The position numbers were made by a program, and so were the translations under genes. From sequence record PZ452583.1: 64,000 bases of DNA. The stretch is one strand, 5' to 3'. The stretch is from a phage. The notes beneath the pieces are model-generated. The model did no database searches. It worked only from the letters and a program-made list of their open reading frames with translations, and was not told the origin of the DNA. The first letter of the stretch is position 1. The number at the start of each line of letters is the position of its first letter. Shown one piece after another: positions 1-9,071 of this stretch.

Positions 1-127
1 CTTCTTTTAGAATATCTTCTTCTGTGCATTTATAACCATGCGCTTTAAATTTTTCAGCAAGACTTTCTGGAGTTTCACGAGATAAAGGAACATTCAGCAT
101 TTTTAAACGATTGATAAATGGGTTCAT
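1..127 (-). CDS. hypothetical protein, N-terminal part only (gene continues past window start)
   Basis: ATG at 125-127 overlaps TGA of upstream ORF (ATGA); frame stays open to position 1. Confidence 0.35.
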   Translation of the reverse strand, partial: MNPFINRLKMLNVPLSRETPESLAEKFKAHGYKCTEEDILKE

Positions 128-453
128 TTAAACCATCCTTTAATACGTTGCCACAAAGTTTTCTGTTGAGCTTTGTTAACACCAATTGAGCGAATAACTG
201 GTTGAGATTCCTGGAATTCTTTATAATCGGCAAGGTAAATTTCGTAAGCTGCATCTGTAAAGGAACTTATCGCTGCCATGAAATTATTGCGAATACCTAC
301 TGGAGCATCTTTACTTTCACGAATAATCATGTATTTACCAGTCTTAATCTTTACAATAGTTCCAAGATAAGCTCCATGGTACCAAATATCCCAACCCTCT
401 TGAGTAGGTTCTGCACAACGACGAAGTTCATTGACAATTTCTAACTTGTTCAT
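124..453 (-). CDS. hypothetical protein (109 aa)
   Basis: ATG at 451-453 with SD GAGGAATAA; sits just downstream of motA. Confidence 0.55.
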   Translation of the reverse strand: MNKLEIVNELRRCAEPTQEGWDIWYHGAYLGTIVKIKTGKYMIIRESKDAPVGIRNNFMAAISSFTDAAYEIYLADYKEFQESQPVIRSIGVNKAQQKTLWQRIKGWFK

Positions 454-463
454 TATTTATTCC

Positions 464-1099
464 TCACAGTTCAGATGCTACAGTGATTACAGCTTCAATG
501 TTTTCTGCCGAGCGTTTAATGTCAAGATACACATTACCGTTTTTAGCGATTTTACATGACATTCCGATATCAGTAAATTTCTGAATATGATGTTCCATCA
601 TTTTGTATCCAAAAATTCGCATGTTTCCATTGTTGTTAATTTCAAAATTACGAATTCCGTGAGTGCGTTTTTCTAAAATAGCGAGATAGTTACTGCGATA
701 AGTTTCAACCTTTTTAAGAACAAATCCATTTTCATCTAAAAGTTTTAACATGAGGTCTTTATCTTCTTCCATATCGGAAGTAATCTCGCGAGCTTTACGA
801 GTTGCTCGTTTTTTCAGTAGTTCCGGAGCATTTTCTTGTGCGTATAAAGTTGCTGCATTTGAAATAATATCCTGAGCTTCACCAGTAATGATTAATCCAT
901 CACCAGATTTCTCCACCAGGCCTTTTTTAATCAATACCCCAATATTACTATTAACTACTGCGTTACCTAAATCTGGATGCACCTCACGAACTTCTGCAGC
1001 TGTAATGAAATCTTTCTTAGCAATGGTAATTAAAATCGCAGCAGTTTTTTCATTCAGAACATCGTTAGAAGCTTTGATGATGTAAGTTACTTTAGACAT
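464..1099 (-). CDS. motA: MotA, middle-transcription activator
   Basis: 211 aa, same length as T4 MotA; N-terminal sequence recognisably MotA; immediately before gene 52 as in T4. Confidence 0.88.
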   Translation of the reverse strand: MSKVTYIIKASNDVLNEKTAAILITIAKKDFITAAEVREVHPDLGNAVVNSNIGVLIKKGLVEKSGDGLIITGEAQDIISNAATLYAQENAPELLKKRATRKAREITSDMEEDKDLMLKLLDENGFVLKKVETYRSNYLAILEKRTHGIRNFEINNNGNMRIFGYKMMEHHIQKFTDIGMSCKIAKNGNVYLDIKRSAENIEAVITVASEL

Positions 1100-1140
1100 T
1101 TTCTAATCTCCGTAATTCTGTATCAGTAGTTGATAGTTGT

Positions 1141-1170
1141 ATAGTACCACAGTATGCTTTGGTTGTAAAC
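1141..1170 (-). promoter_or_regulatory. early sigma70-type promoter upstream of motA
   Basis: minus strand GTTTAC (+1165-1170), 18-nt spacer ending TGG, TACTAT (+1141-1146); AT-rich region upstream; conserved leader downstream. Confidence 0.6.
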
Positions 1171-1199
1171 CGTTTTGTGAAAAAATTTTAAAATAAAAA

Positions 1200-1219
1200 G
1201 GGAGAGCCGAGGCTCTCCC
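1200..1219 (-). terminator. intrinsic terminator-like hairpin
   Basis: GGGAGAGCC/GGCTCTCCC stem followed on the minus strand by a U-run (CTTTTTATTTT). Confidence 0.6.
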
Positions 1220-1224
1220 TAAAA

Positions 1225-1374
1225 TTACTGCATGACTGTGATAACTGTCATGATAACACGTTGAATTCCGAACGCAAGAAGACCTCCTGCTACGGCTGGA
1301 ACAACGCCTAAACCCGCCAGTAAAATGCTACCAGATACTAATGCAGCGCTTGTAATACCTATGAATGGACTCAT
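1225..1374 (-). CDS. small hydrophobic protein (49 aa)
   Basis: ATG overlaps TGA of gene 52 (ATGA); product MSPFIGITSAALVSGSILLAGLGVV... is membrane-like; too short for ORF track. Confidence 0.4.
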   Translation of the reverse strand: MSPFIGITSAALVSGSILLAGLGVVPAVAGGLLAFGIQRVIMTVITVMQ

Positions 1375-2699
1375 TTGATTTCCTCTAAATCTTTGGTGTA
1401 TTCTGTAACTACATCAGTAGTTTTCCAATATTCGTTTTCTTCTTTTTTGGCTTTAGCTTCTTCAGCAAGTTTCTTTGCTTCATCGGAAGTCATATGAAAA
1501 ATATTCATTCCAACTAGTTTATCAACATAAGAAGAATACATATCGATTTTCGAAAGTTCTTCGGTCAGTTCTTTACGAGTTTTACCCTGTACAACAATTT
1601 CACCTGAAATTACTTTCTTAATGAAATGTGCCTTGGCAAAAGCTAAACGAAAAGCTGACTCAGTTTCTTTAATTTTATTATCAATTCGTTTTTGGACATA
1701 AGTTTTACGAACTTCAACAAAGTCTTTGATTAAATCAACTACGTTATCGTAAACTTGTAGCTTTCCTTTCTCATTAATAACCGTAATATTCTGAGAACGA
1801 CGCTCAATCAACCCGAAGTCTTTCATAATTTTTGCATGGCGTTCTTCTTCATTATCGCTCAAAGAATATTCTTTACGGAATTTAACTTTAAAGCCAAAAC
1901 CATGCTCACCACAAGCATCATCCCATGTAATGAAGCCTTTATCTTCAAGTGGGTCTAAGATTTTACTCACATAAGTTTCACGATCATACTTATACGGAAT
2001 CTCAGTGATATGCATTTGAGTTCGTGAAGTAAACTTATATGTTCCACGAATTTCATATTGCCCATCAATTTCAACGACTTCACCACGAAATTCTGGGAAT
2101 TCTACCTTCGGTTTAGTTACTTTCTTTCCTTGAAGAGCTTGTAGTACAGCTTTCTTGACAGAAGAAACACTATGAGGAAGAATGTAAGTTGCATAACCAG
2201 TTGCAATACCGGAAACGCCATTAAGAAGAACAGTAGGAATAATAGGCAAATAGAAAGCAGGCGGAATGTGTTCTTTATCTTGATGTACCGGAGCATATTC
2301 AGTATCTTTATATACGTTATAGAAATTTTTACTTACACGAGCAAAAATATAACGACTTGCCGCTGCCTTTTGAACAGTACGAGAACCAAAGTTTCCTTGA
2401 CCATCTAACAGAGGAAAATTATTATTCCAAGTGTTAGCCATCAAAGCACCTGCGTCTTGCGCAGAGTTTTCACCATGATGATATCCAAGGTCCGCTACAC
2501 CACCTGCAATAGAAGCGAGTTTGTGAAACTTATCTTTATTTCCTCGTGCCAAATCAAGAGCTCGAGCAATAACAAATCGTTGAACTGGCTTAAATCCATC
2601 AATCATATTTGGAATGGCACGATTTTCAACCGTGTACATAGCATAAGCCAATGCTTCATTATCAATGATACTTTTTAAATCGCGATTATTCAGTTGCAT
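1371..2699 (-). CDS. 52: DNA topoisomerase II medium subunit gp52
   Basis: 442 aa as T4 gp52; GyrA-like N-terminal region; motA-52 synteny. Confidence 0.93.
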   Translation of the reverse strand: MQLNNRDLKSIIDNEALAYAMYTVENRAIPNMIDGFKPVQRFVIARALDLARGNKDKFHKLASIAGGVADLGYHHGENSAQDAGALMANTWNNNFPLLDGQGNFGSRTVQKAAASRYIFARVSKNFYNVYKDTEYAPVHQDKEHIPPAFYLPIIPTVLLNGVSGIATGYATYILPHSVSSVKKAVLQALQGKKVTKPKVEFPEFRGEVVEIDGQYEIRGTYKFTSRTQMHITEIPYKYDRETYVSKILDPLEDKGFITWDDACGEHGFGFKVKFRKEYSLSDNEEERHAKIMKDFGLIERRSQNITVINEKGKLQVYDNVVDLIKDFVEVRKTYVQKRIDNKIKETESAFRLAFAKAHFIKKVISGEIVVQGKTRKELTEELSKIDMYSSYVDKLVGMNIFHMTSDEAKKLAEEAKAKKEENEYWKTTDVVTEYTKDLEEIK

Positions 2700-2703
2700 A
2701 AAT

Positions 2704-2844
2704 TTACCATACTAGTGAATGTAGTGCCATAATAACATCAGAAATGAAAAGCACGACTTGAATTAATCCGAACATTACTCCATAATATAGTGCTACTAAT
2801 AAAGTAGCAAGGGCTAATGAATAGCCCAAGATTTTCTTAATCAT
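2704..2844 (-). CDS. small membrane protein (46 aa)
   Basis: short ORF MIKKILGYSLALATLLVALYYGVMF... ending just before the gene 52 start; occupies the T4 52.1 position. Confidence 0.4.
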   Translation of the reverse strand: MIKKILGYSLALATLLVALYYGVMFGLIQVVLFISDVIMALHSLVW

Positions 2845-2995
2845 TAGTAGATAACAACACAAATGTTAAATATGCACACATACCCTGAGCTAAAGCTTGC
2901 GAAAACACACTGCTGGCATCAATACAGATAGTTAAAACACATGCTACTATCCAACAAATAAATGAAATAACTCCTAATAATTTTGCAATATTCAT
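2837..2995 (-). CDS. small membrane protein (52 aa), possibly the ac-position protein
   Basis: ATG at 2993-2995 with SD GAGGAAAAT; hydrophobic; lies between stp and 52 where T4 has ac. Confidence 0.45.
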   Translation of the reverse strand: MNIAKLLGVISFICWIVACVLTICIDASSVFSQALAQGMCAYLTFVLLSTND

Positions 2996-3002
2996 ATTTT
3001 CC

Positions 3003-3083
3003 TCACTGGCGTCCGAAGACGCCTTTAGTTTTAAGATTATTACGATAGAACTGCATCACATGTTCGTTGTGGAAATTACTCAT
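3003..3083 (-). CDS. stp: Stp peptide (26 aa)
   Basis: translates to [26 protein letters not shown], which matches T4 Stp as I recall it; start overlaps ndd stop (TAATG). Confidence 0.8.
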
Positions 3084-3526
3084 TAATATGCCTGCAAAAC
3101 GAATTTAAAGTTATCAGCCAACATACGGTTCATTTCTTCAAGTGTTTGATACTCAGAATGATGATTACGAGTAAACGCCAAAGCTAACTGACCTTTACCA
3201 AATCCTGTCGTCAGAGGTTTCATCTTAGAAGCAGGCAGATAAAATACTGTGTATGGAACATTGTTATTTGCAATAGTACGCGCAAGTTGAGACCGGCGTT
3301 GACGAATATGACTTAGAACTGCGCTGAATCCTTGCTTAGAACGCTGATTACCCACATAAAATCGTGCGGATACGCATGAACCATCGAATTCATTTACTAA
3401 AAAGTAAAATCCAGGTTTAGATAAAATATCTTTATGCGGAGTTCCTAAAAACCATTCACCGCCCTTGATTGTACCAATAACAGTAGCTCCTGCATTATTC
3501 AGATCAGTAACAGTCATGTATTTCAT
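3083..3526 (-). CDS. ndd: Ndd, nucleoid disruption protein
   Basis: start placed at [18 protein letters not shown]... with SD GAGGAAAT; sequence recognisably Ndd; ORF track extends 18 codons upstream. Confidence 0.85.
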
Positions 3527-3584
3527 ATTAATTTCCTCTAAATTATTTTCTACTCCAAGGCCGCATGAATACGCGGCCATTAAA

Positions 3585-3800
3585 TTAATCGTCGCAGTCG
3601 ACGCTCAATTCCCAAAACTCTTCTACGGTATAAGTTTCAGTATCATTTTCAATACAGAAACGTTCATTACTGTTATTTGCTAAAGTAGCATTAACTGTCG
3701 GTTTCTCGCTAGTGCTCTTAAGAGGTGAAATACGAATTAACTGATCACCGTTATCTAAACAGAAAATTTCACCAACTTTTACATCTTTAAAGATTTTCAT
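3585..3800 (-). CDS. hypothetical protein (71 aa)
   Basis: ATG 3798-3800 with SD GAGGTGAATT. Confidence 0.5.
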   Translation of the reverse strand: MKIFKDVKVGEIFCLDNGDQLIRISPLKSTSEKPTVNATLANNSNERFCIENDTETYTVEEFWELSVDCDD

Positions 3801-3808
3801 AATTCACC

Positions 3809-3916
3809 TCAAGGAGTATAAAATCCAAATGCAGTTGTTGACCATCCCATCCAATATGGAAAATTTGCGCCAATGTAAAACATAAGAATATAAAACCAAA
3901 TGTTTAGTAAATTCAT
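3809..3916 (-). CDS. small hydrophobic peptide (35 aa)
   Basis: ATG overlaps stop of upstream ORF (TAATG); MNLLNIWFYILMFYIGANF... Confidence 0.3.
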   Translation of the reverse strand: MNLLNIWFYILMFYIGANFPYWMGWSTTAFGFYTP

Positions 3917-4113
3917 TATTTTACACCATTCCAAATTGTTTCAACTACGGATTTTAAACCATTTTGATGAATATCCATTCCGACTACCGCCATCAAATAG
4001 ATTCCAACTACAACTGAACCTAAGGCAAAAATCAGCATGAAAATGAATAAAGCCGGAAAAATATTATCGAAAAACCATTCAATAAATGTAAAAGCACTGC
4101 GTTTACGCTTCAT
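3916..4113 (-). CDS. small membrane protein (65 aa)
   Basis: start moved to ATG 4111-4113 preceded by SD GAGGAAAAT; one transmembrane-like segment. Confidence 0.5.
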   Translation of the reverse strand: MKRKRSAFTFIEWFFDNIFPALFIFMLIFALGSVVVGIYLMAVVGMDIHQNGLKSVVETIWNGVK

Positions 4114-4120
4114 ATTTTCC

Positions 4121-4234
4121 TCACATAAATCCAAAGTAAACGTTTAATACATCAATCATTAAAACGATTGGGAATATACTCAAAACTACTAGTATTATAA
4201 CTACATTCCATATAGCTTTAACAATCTTTTTCAT
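4121..4234 (-). CDS. small membrane protein (37 aa)
   Basis: true start MKKIVKAIW... after SD GGAGGAA; ORF-track extension is translated 5-prime leader. Confidence 0.5.
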   Translation of the reverse strand: MKKIVKAIWNVVIILVVLSIFPIVLMIDVLNVYFGFM

Positions 4235-4262
4235 TTTCTGTTCCTCCGTAGTTGATAGGGTA

Positions 4263-4292
4263 ATAGTACCACGGAAGAACAGTCTTGTAAAC
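4263..4292 (-). promoter_or_regulatory. early promoter plus conserved leader
   Basis: GTTTAC (+4287-4292), 18-nt spacer ending TGG, TACTAT (+4263-4268); leader CCCTATCAACTACGGAGGAACAGAAA then ATG. Confidence 0.55.
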
Positions 4293-4477
4293 AACTTTTT
4301 TAAAAATATTCGTAATAAATGTGAATACCAACTACTACCGCTGAAACCTGTGCAACCCACCACGCGCAAGCAATAAGTACAGAATTCAAAATTTTCATAA
4401 TAACCTCATCACAAAAGTAAATGTTAAACAAATTAATGGAATACTAATTAACCAAACAAAACACCACCATAATGAAC

Positions 4478-4741
4478 TCATAGTTCAATCTCAGCGATTT
4501 TCATTTCATTATTGTTAATAGCATTTTTAAGACTATCCGAAAGAATTACATTCCAGTGGTCATTCATATGACCATTAACTAAGCGTGTAATTTCTTCGGG
4601 AGTTGAAAAATAAGGCTGATCAGACTCCCAATGCGATAATCCTAAGCGAGTATAAATCATGCCTTCATCATCGCTAGAATATTCAACTGACACAAACTCA
4701 TCAGTTATTTTATGTTTAGCGTAATAAAATTTAAATTTCAT
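4478..4741 (-). CDS. hypothetical protein (87 aa)
   Basis: ATG 4739-4741 with SD GGAGAATAAA; track start is a TTG four codons upstream. Confidence 0.55.
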   Translation of the reverse strand: MKFKFYYAKHKITDEFVSVEYSSDDEGMIYTRLGLSHWESDQPYFSTPEEITRLVNGHMNDHWNVILSDSLKNAINNNEMKIAEIEL

Positions 4742-4778
4742 TTTATTCTCCAAATCCGTATCAGTAGTTGATAGTTGT

Positions 4779-4808
4779 ATAGTACCACGGTCCTTGTGGT
4801 ATGTAAAC
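4779..4808 (-). promoter_or_regulatory. early promoter plus conserved leader
   Basis: GTTTAC (+4803-4808), 18-nt spacer ending TGG, TACTAT (+4779-4784); AT-rich region upstream. Confidence 0.55.
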
Positions 4809-4826
4809 TGTTTTGTGAAAAAATTT

Positions 4827-5384
4827 TTAAATGGAAAGATACCATCCGTTGTAGTTGCTTTTTCTTACAACCTTACGAAGGTCTTCTCTGTCACCGATGA
4901 ACTTCGGAGTGTACTGGATGACACCTGGATGAATTTCTTTAGTGTTGAATATAATTATACAGTCAGCGACTTGATGATTTAGAATGGGCCCTAGATTTAT
5001 TCCAGAACCATATGGATACTCTCCGCTGCATCCTGTTGTTACCGAAATCCAACGTGAGTCAGTTTGATGTGTCTTAACTTCTACGCGAAGCCCACAGTAT
5101 TTTGGATGCGCCAATACATCCCATGCATATGTGTACGGATCATCGACATCTTCTTGACCTTTATTAACATACCCGCTTAACCAATCTGCTACAAAAAACT
5201 CTGCGTACACAGCGATACGACATCTTTCGATAACTTCTGCCTTATCCTGGTTCGGGTTTTGTTTTAAAGAGTATCTTGCTGTATCAGCAATTTTGACCTT
5301 CATTTCATTGGTTAAATCGCTGTTCGATAGAGTAAATGTCGGAATCTGAAATAGTCTCTGCAAACCCGGATTCGTTTTCTGCAT
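4827..5384 (-). CDS. denB: DenB, endonuclease IV
   Basis: 185 aa as T4 DenB; between ndd and rIIB as in T4. Confidence 0.8.
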   Translation of the reverse strand: MQKTNPGLQRLFQIPTFTLSNSDLTNEMKVKIADTARYSLKQNPNQDKAEVIERCRIAVYAEFFVADWLSGYVNKGQEDVDDPYTYAWDVLAHPKYCGLRVEVKTHQTDSRWISVTTGCSGEYPYGSGINLGPILNHQVADCIIIFNTKEIHPGVIQYTPKFIGDREDLRKVVRKSNYNGWYLSI

Positions 5385-5430
5385 TTAAACTTTCCTTTAT
5401 GTCGGAATCATAATTTCTCTTAAAACAAAA

Positions 5431-5442
5431 GGGCCGAAGCCC
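5431..5442 (-). terminator. GGGC-UUCG-GCCC tetraloop hairpin
   Basis: GC stem with UUCG loop on minus strand, flanked by A/T runs on both sides. Confidence 0.55.
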
Positions 5443-5447
5443 TTATT

Positions 5448-5642
5448 TTATTTGAATTGTGCGATTCTTTTCTCTAGACACTCAGCATAAGATTTCATTG
5501 AGATGAACTGTGAAAGCAGCAGTTCTTGCTCAACTGCACTAACCGTTAGAAACTTTGTGCTTTCTAAAAATTTGCTCAGTGCATTAATTTTGAGCATTAA
5601 TTGATCGTATTCTTCTTTTACTCGTGCTTGATAACCTAACAT
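5448..5642 (-). CDS. hypothetical protein (64 aa)
   Basis: ATG 5640-5642 with SD AAGGAAAAT. Confidence 0.5.
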   Translation of the reverse strand: MLGYQARVKEEYDQLMLKINALSKFLESTKFLTVSAVEQELLLSQFISMKSYAECLEKRIAQFK

Positions 5643-5662
5643 AATTTTCCTTAATATGATAA

Positions 5663-5674
5663 GGGCCGAAGCCC
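5663..5674 (-). terminator. tetraloop hairpin immediately after rIIB stop
   Basis: GGGCUUCGGCCC on minus strand; weak U-tract, so may be a stability element and not a strong terminator. Confidence 0.45.
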
Positions 5675-6613
5675 TTATTTAAATTGTTCAGTAACGTCTT
5701 CAACTACTTCGTATTGGCAGGTACGCATTTTAGCATCGTTGTAATCAATCGGAATTGATACTACATCACGTGGATGTACTTTAACTTTTACAACTCGGCT
5801 GGTTGAACTGCCAAAGTGACGAATATAAGATTTAGAACACACATGCAGACCACGAGAACAAGTTTGTGTATCATCGTCATTCACACGAGTACGCGGCATT
5901 TTAACTACTTTACCAGGACTGTTATCAAAGGTGTTTGAGTGACAGTCAAAGTAGTTGTCACGAACTACTTTCCAAGCATAGAAGTAACCATCTTCTGTAA
6001 TTTCAATATCGTTTGCTACCAAGAAATCAAAGAGTCGAGATACCGCTTTCTGGCTTGGGTTTTCCAGCAGATTTTCCAAGAACGGAAAATAAAATTCAAA
6101 GTTTTCACCTTTTTCCATCGAATCGAGAATACGATCAACTAAACCAGACCGTAATTCGATATTTTGATAGAACAAGCTTCCGCCTTCAATTCGAACATCG
6201 CCGGAAATATATTTTTCAACAGCGCGACGAACATTAATTTTTTGTGCCGCTTCTTCCAACTTATCTGCTACAAGCAGATTAAGAATTTCCTGGAAGTTTG
6301 AATGAGTATTAGGAGTTGCGTTATAAGTTACACCGTCAACAGTAATTGAAATGAATTTTTTAGATGCATTCCAAATAATGTCAGATTTAGCAACTGGAGC
6401 AATAACTGCATCGCTATTAACTTTAATTGTAATATCACCGCTAATAGTAACTTTAGAGCGTTTAGCTTCTTCAGCATTTTTCAAAACACGACGAATTGTG
6501 TCAACCGATACACCTTGCCAATCAGCCAATTCCTGTTGGGTGTAATTACCACTTGAATACAGCTTAACAATTTCAGCTTGTTCGTTTTTGGTCAGGCATT
6601 TAATATTGTACAT
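5675..6613 (-). CDS. rIIB: rIIB protein
   Basis: 312 aa as T4 rIIB; adjacent to rIIA. Confidence 0.9.
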   Translation of the reverse strand: MYNIKCLTKNEQAEIVKLYSSGNYTQQELADWQGVSVDTIRRVLKNAEEAKRSKVTISGDITIKVNSDAVIAPVAKSDIIWNASKKFISITVDGVTYNATPNTHSNFQEILNLLVADKLEEAAQKINVRRAVEKYISGDVRIEGGSLFYQNIELRSGLVDRILDSMEKGENFEFYFPFLENLLENPSQKAVSRLFDFLVANDIEITEDGYFYAWKVVRDNYFDCHSNTFDNSPGKVVKMPRTRVNDDDTQTCSRGLHVCSKSYIRHFGSSTSRVVKVKVHPRDVVSIPIDYNDAKMRTCQYEVVEDVTEQFK

Positions 6614-6624
6614 AATTTTCCTTA

Positions 6625-8802
6625 TTAGGCCGCAAGGGCCTTCATAGTTTTAGCGATTTGGGAAACTTCATCATCACTTAAAGAGTTGCGATAACCGATG
6701 AAGTCGGAAACAATACGGAATTTCTTGGTAAACTCAGCAACCATTTTATCACTATTTTTTGAAGCATTACGTGATAATTCATCAAAGAGATTAGTTACTG
6801 TCCAGATATCATGACCGATGGTATCTTTTCCACCATTGAAATACACACCGCGTAATGAACTAACCATATTACCAAGTCGTGTATATTCTTCAGAAACTTC
6901 ATCTGTACTGAAGTACTTCATCATAAAATCTAGTTCAGGATACTTGATAATTTTATCAATATATCGTTGAGCTGAACTTGAATAACCTACATACTTATCA
7001 TAATCTACATCATCAAAAGCATCTACATATAAATCACGCAAAGCTTCAAAAATACATTGGCACTGACCAAGCTCTTTTACCTTTTTCTGCAAAAGCGGAC
7101 GAATAACATAAAATTCATTAATGCCAATAAGATTAGCCATACGAATCAAAATATTCATAGATGGATGACAAAGTGATGTAGTACCATCCATAGAGAAAAT
7201 ATCAGAACGATGCATATACGCTACATAACCAGTAATTTCATCTGCTTCTGACGTAAGTGTAAATAATTCCTCTTTTTCCCAACGCCCATCTTTAATTTCA
7301 AACTTAAATGCTGTAGCAGCTTTAGGACGAGGAGCTTTACTTTTAACTACCTTTGGAATATAGCTTTTAACTAAAGCTTCAATTTCTGACAAATAATGAA
7401 TGTTAACTTCATCACTTTCAAACATTGCCATAATATCAGGTAGTAAATCAATCTGCGATTCTACTTCCGGATTAATAAACAGAAGACGCTCATTGTGATG
7501 AATATTTAAAGTGTTATTAAATTCACTATCATCTAGCGCATGTGCTAATCCACGGACAATATTAACACGATTTTTAATATTATCAATAACGATATTAATT
7601 TTTGTTGTATTAATACCAAACAGACGATAACTTGACGCAACGGCTGATGTTTCATGACTTTGCTTAATGCGCTTCAGTCGAGGGTCAAGATTTACTTCAT
7701 ACACAACTCCTGCATTGCATAACTTACTGTCAGGTTCAAACATGCTCTGCATCTTTTTATATGACAGATTTTTAGTCGTGAATTTGACTGAATTACTAAT
7801 CATATAATCTCGAGCAGAATACCCCATCTTCATCAATTCACGATATGTGTGACGGGGAGATGTAGATTCTTTAAATCGTTTTACATCTTCATTAAATGCT
7901 TTCTCACTAAGCTCTTTAACTCGTTCAATAATATTTTTACGAGTACGATCATCCAGTGAAAGAGCCTCGCGAGATGGAGCAATATCAAGTGAACCCATTG
8001 GAAACTTAATGTAATTCACTTCATTACGAATGCTTAGCCAGTTACGGTCTCTAATAACACCATCGATAGGATAAACAATACCACCATAGATAGCATATAA
8101 TCCACCACGATCAGGCCAGTATCTTTCTGGATTTACACCGTAATAGTCATCAAAATCCGGAAAATAATCAATTTCGCGGTCAAGACCATTAATAATAGCC
8201 AAATCTTTGAACGGTCGCATGATATAAGAAACTTCATAAGCAAAGTTTCTAAAGTCTTTTTCTTCAACTGGAACTACGATTTCAATACCAGTTTTATCAT
8301 CTGGACCCATTTCTTTTACGAATGTAGGTTTAATTTGTGGACCATCGCCATCCATGTAAGCTACATAACCACGAATTTCACCTTTATGATACGAAGTAAT
8401 ACTAAATGTATCAGTATAACTAAACGGAGATTTAGAACCTAAACCAAATCCGCCAATGAAATCGTTAGATTCAGCCTTAGATGAACTGAAATATGAATTA
8501 TACAGACCAGGAGAATTATCATCACCCTGAATATCAAAATCACTCATACCCGGACCAAAATCTCGGCAAACAAATCGTGGATCTAAACGTCCAGGAACTT
8601 GAATGATAAATTTTTCAGGATTTCCATTGAGTGCATGGGCATCAATCATGTTGGTAATCAATTCACGGACTACTGCGCGAATCTTGTTTGTATACAAATC
8701 AGATGACAGAATTTTAAATACTTTAGGATTTGCTGCGATGCTAAATGCTTTTGATTTAGAACCATTGCCAAGAATTGTTTCTTTTTCAGTGGTGATAATC
8801 AT
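6625..8802 (-). CDS. rIIA: rIIA protein
   Basis: 725 aa as T4 rIIA; SD GAGGAAAT before ATG. Confidence 0.9.
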   Translation of the reverse strand: MIITTEKETILGNGSKSKAFSIAANPKVFKILSSDLYTNKIRAVVRELITNMIDAHALNGNPEKFIIQVPGRLDPRFVCRDFGPGMSDFDIQGDDNSPGLYNSYFSSSKAESNDFIGGFGLGSKSPFSYTDTFSITSYHKGEIRGYVAYMDGDGPQIKPTFVKEMGPDDKTGIEIVVPVEEKDFRNFAYEVSYIMRPFKDLAIINGLDREIDYFPDFDDYYGVNPERYWPDRGGLYAIYGGIVYPIDGVIRDRNWLSIRNEVNYIKFPMGSLDIAPSREALSLDDRTRKNIIERVKELSEKAFNEDVKRFKESTSPRHTYRELMKMGYSARDYMISNSVKFTTKNLSYKKMQSMFEPDSKLCNAGVVYEVNLDPRLKRIKQSHETSAVASSYRLFGINTTKINIVIDNIKNRVNIVRGLAHALDDSEFNNTLNIHHNERLLFINPEVESQIDLLPDIMAMFESDEVNIHYLSEIEALVKSYIPKVVKSKAPRPKAATAFKFEIKDGRWEKEELFTLTSEADEITGYVAYMHRSDIFSMDGTTSLCHPSMNILIRMANLIGINEFYVIRPLLQKKVKELGQCQCIFEALRDLYVDAFDDVDYDKYVGYSSSAQRYIDKIIKYPELDFMMKYFSTDEVSEEYTRLGNMVSSLRGVYFNGGKDTIGHDIWTVTNLFDELSRNASKNSDKMVAEFTKKFRIVSDFIGYRNSLSDDEVSQIAKTMKALAA

Positions 8803-8812
8803 AATTTCCTCA

Positions 8813-9016
8813 TTAATTCATATTGCGTTTAATAACTTCAGCAACTTCTAGTAGTTCGTCTTTAGTTGCGGTGTCGGATTGAATTTTATCTCTAATATCT
8901 TTAAAGCGGTTTTTAAATTCTTCGGCTTCTCCCATATCGAAAAAGCGTTGAATGATTCTATATTCTCGATGAACTGCTTTATCAAAAAGTTCTAAATTTA
9001 CTCTATATGATTTCAT
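8813..9016 (-). CDS. rIIA.1: hypothetical protein (67 aa), rIIA.1 position
   Basis: small ORF between 39 and rIIA as in T4; ATG 9014-9016. Confidence 0.55.
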   Translation of the reverse strand: MKSYRVNLELFDKAVHREYRIIQRFFDMGEAEEFKNRFKDIRDKIQSDTATKDELLEVAEVIKRNMN

Positions 9017-9041
9017 TTCAATATCCTCATTTGCCCAATTA

Positions 9042-9071
9042 ATTATACCACATCCTTGTGGTAAAGTAAAC
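9042..9071 (-). promoter_or_regulatory. early promoter upstream of rIIA.1/rIIA
   Basis: GTTTAC (+9066-9071), 18-nt spacer ending TGG, TATAAT (+9042-9047); -35 overlaps gene 39 stop. Confidence 0.6.

Noticed and set aside
202-444. Plus-strand 80-aa ORF
   Set aside because: Lies entirely antisense within the minus-strand ORF 124-453, with no SD; typical shadow ORF in AT-rich DNA.
2172-2678. Two plus-strand ORFs (78 and 73 aa)
   Set aside because: Antisense within gene 52; no SD or promoter; shadow ORFs.
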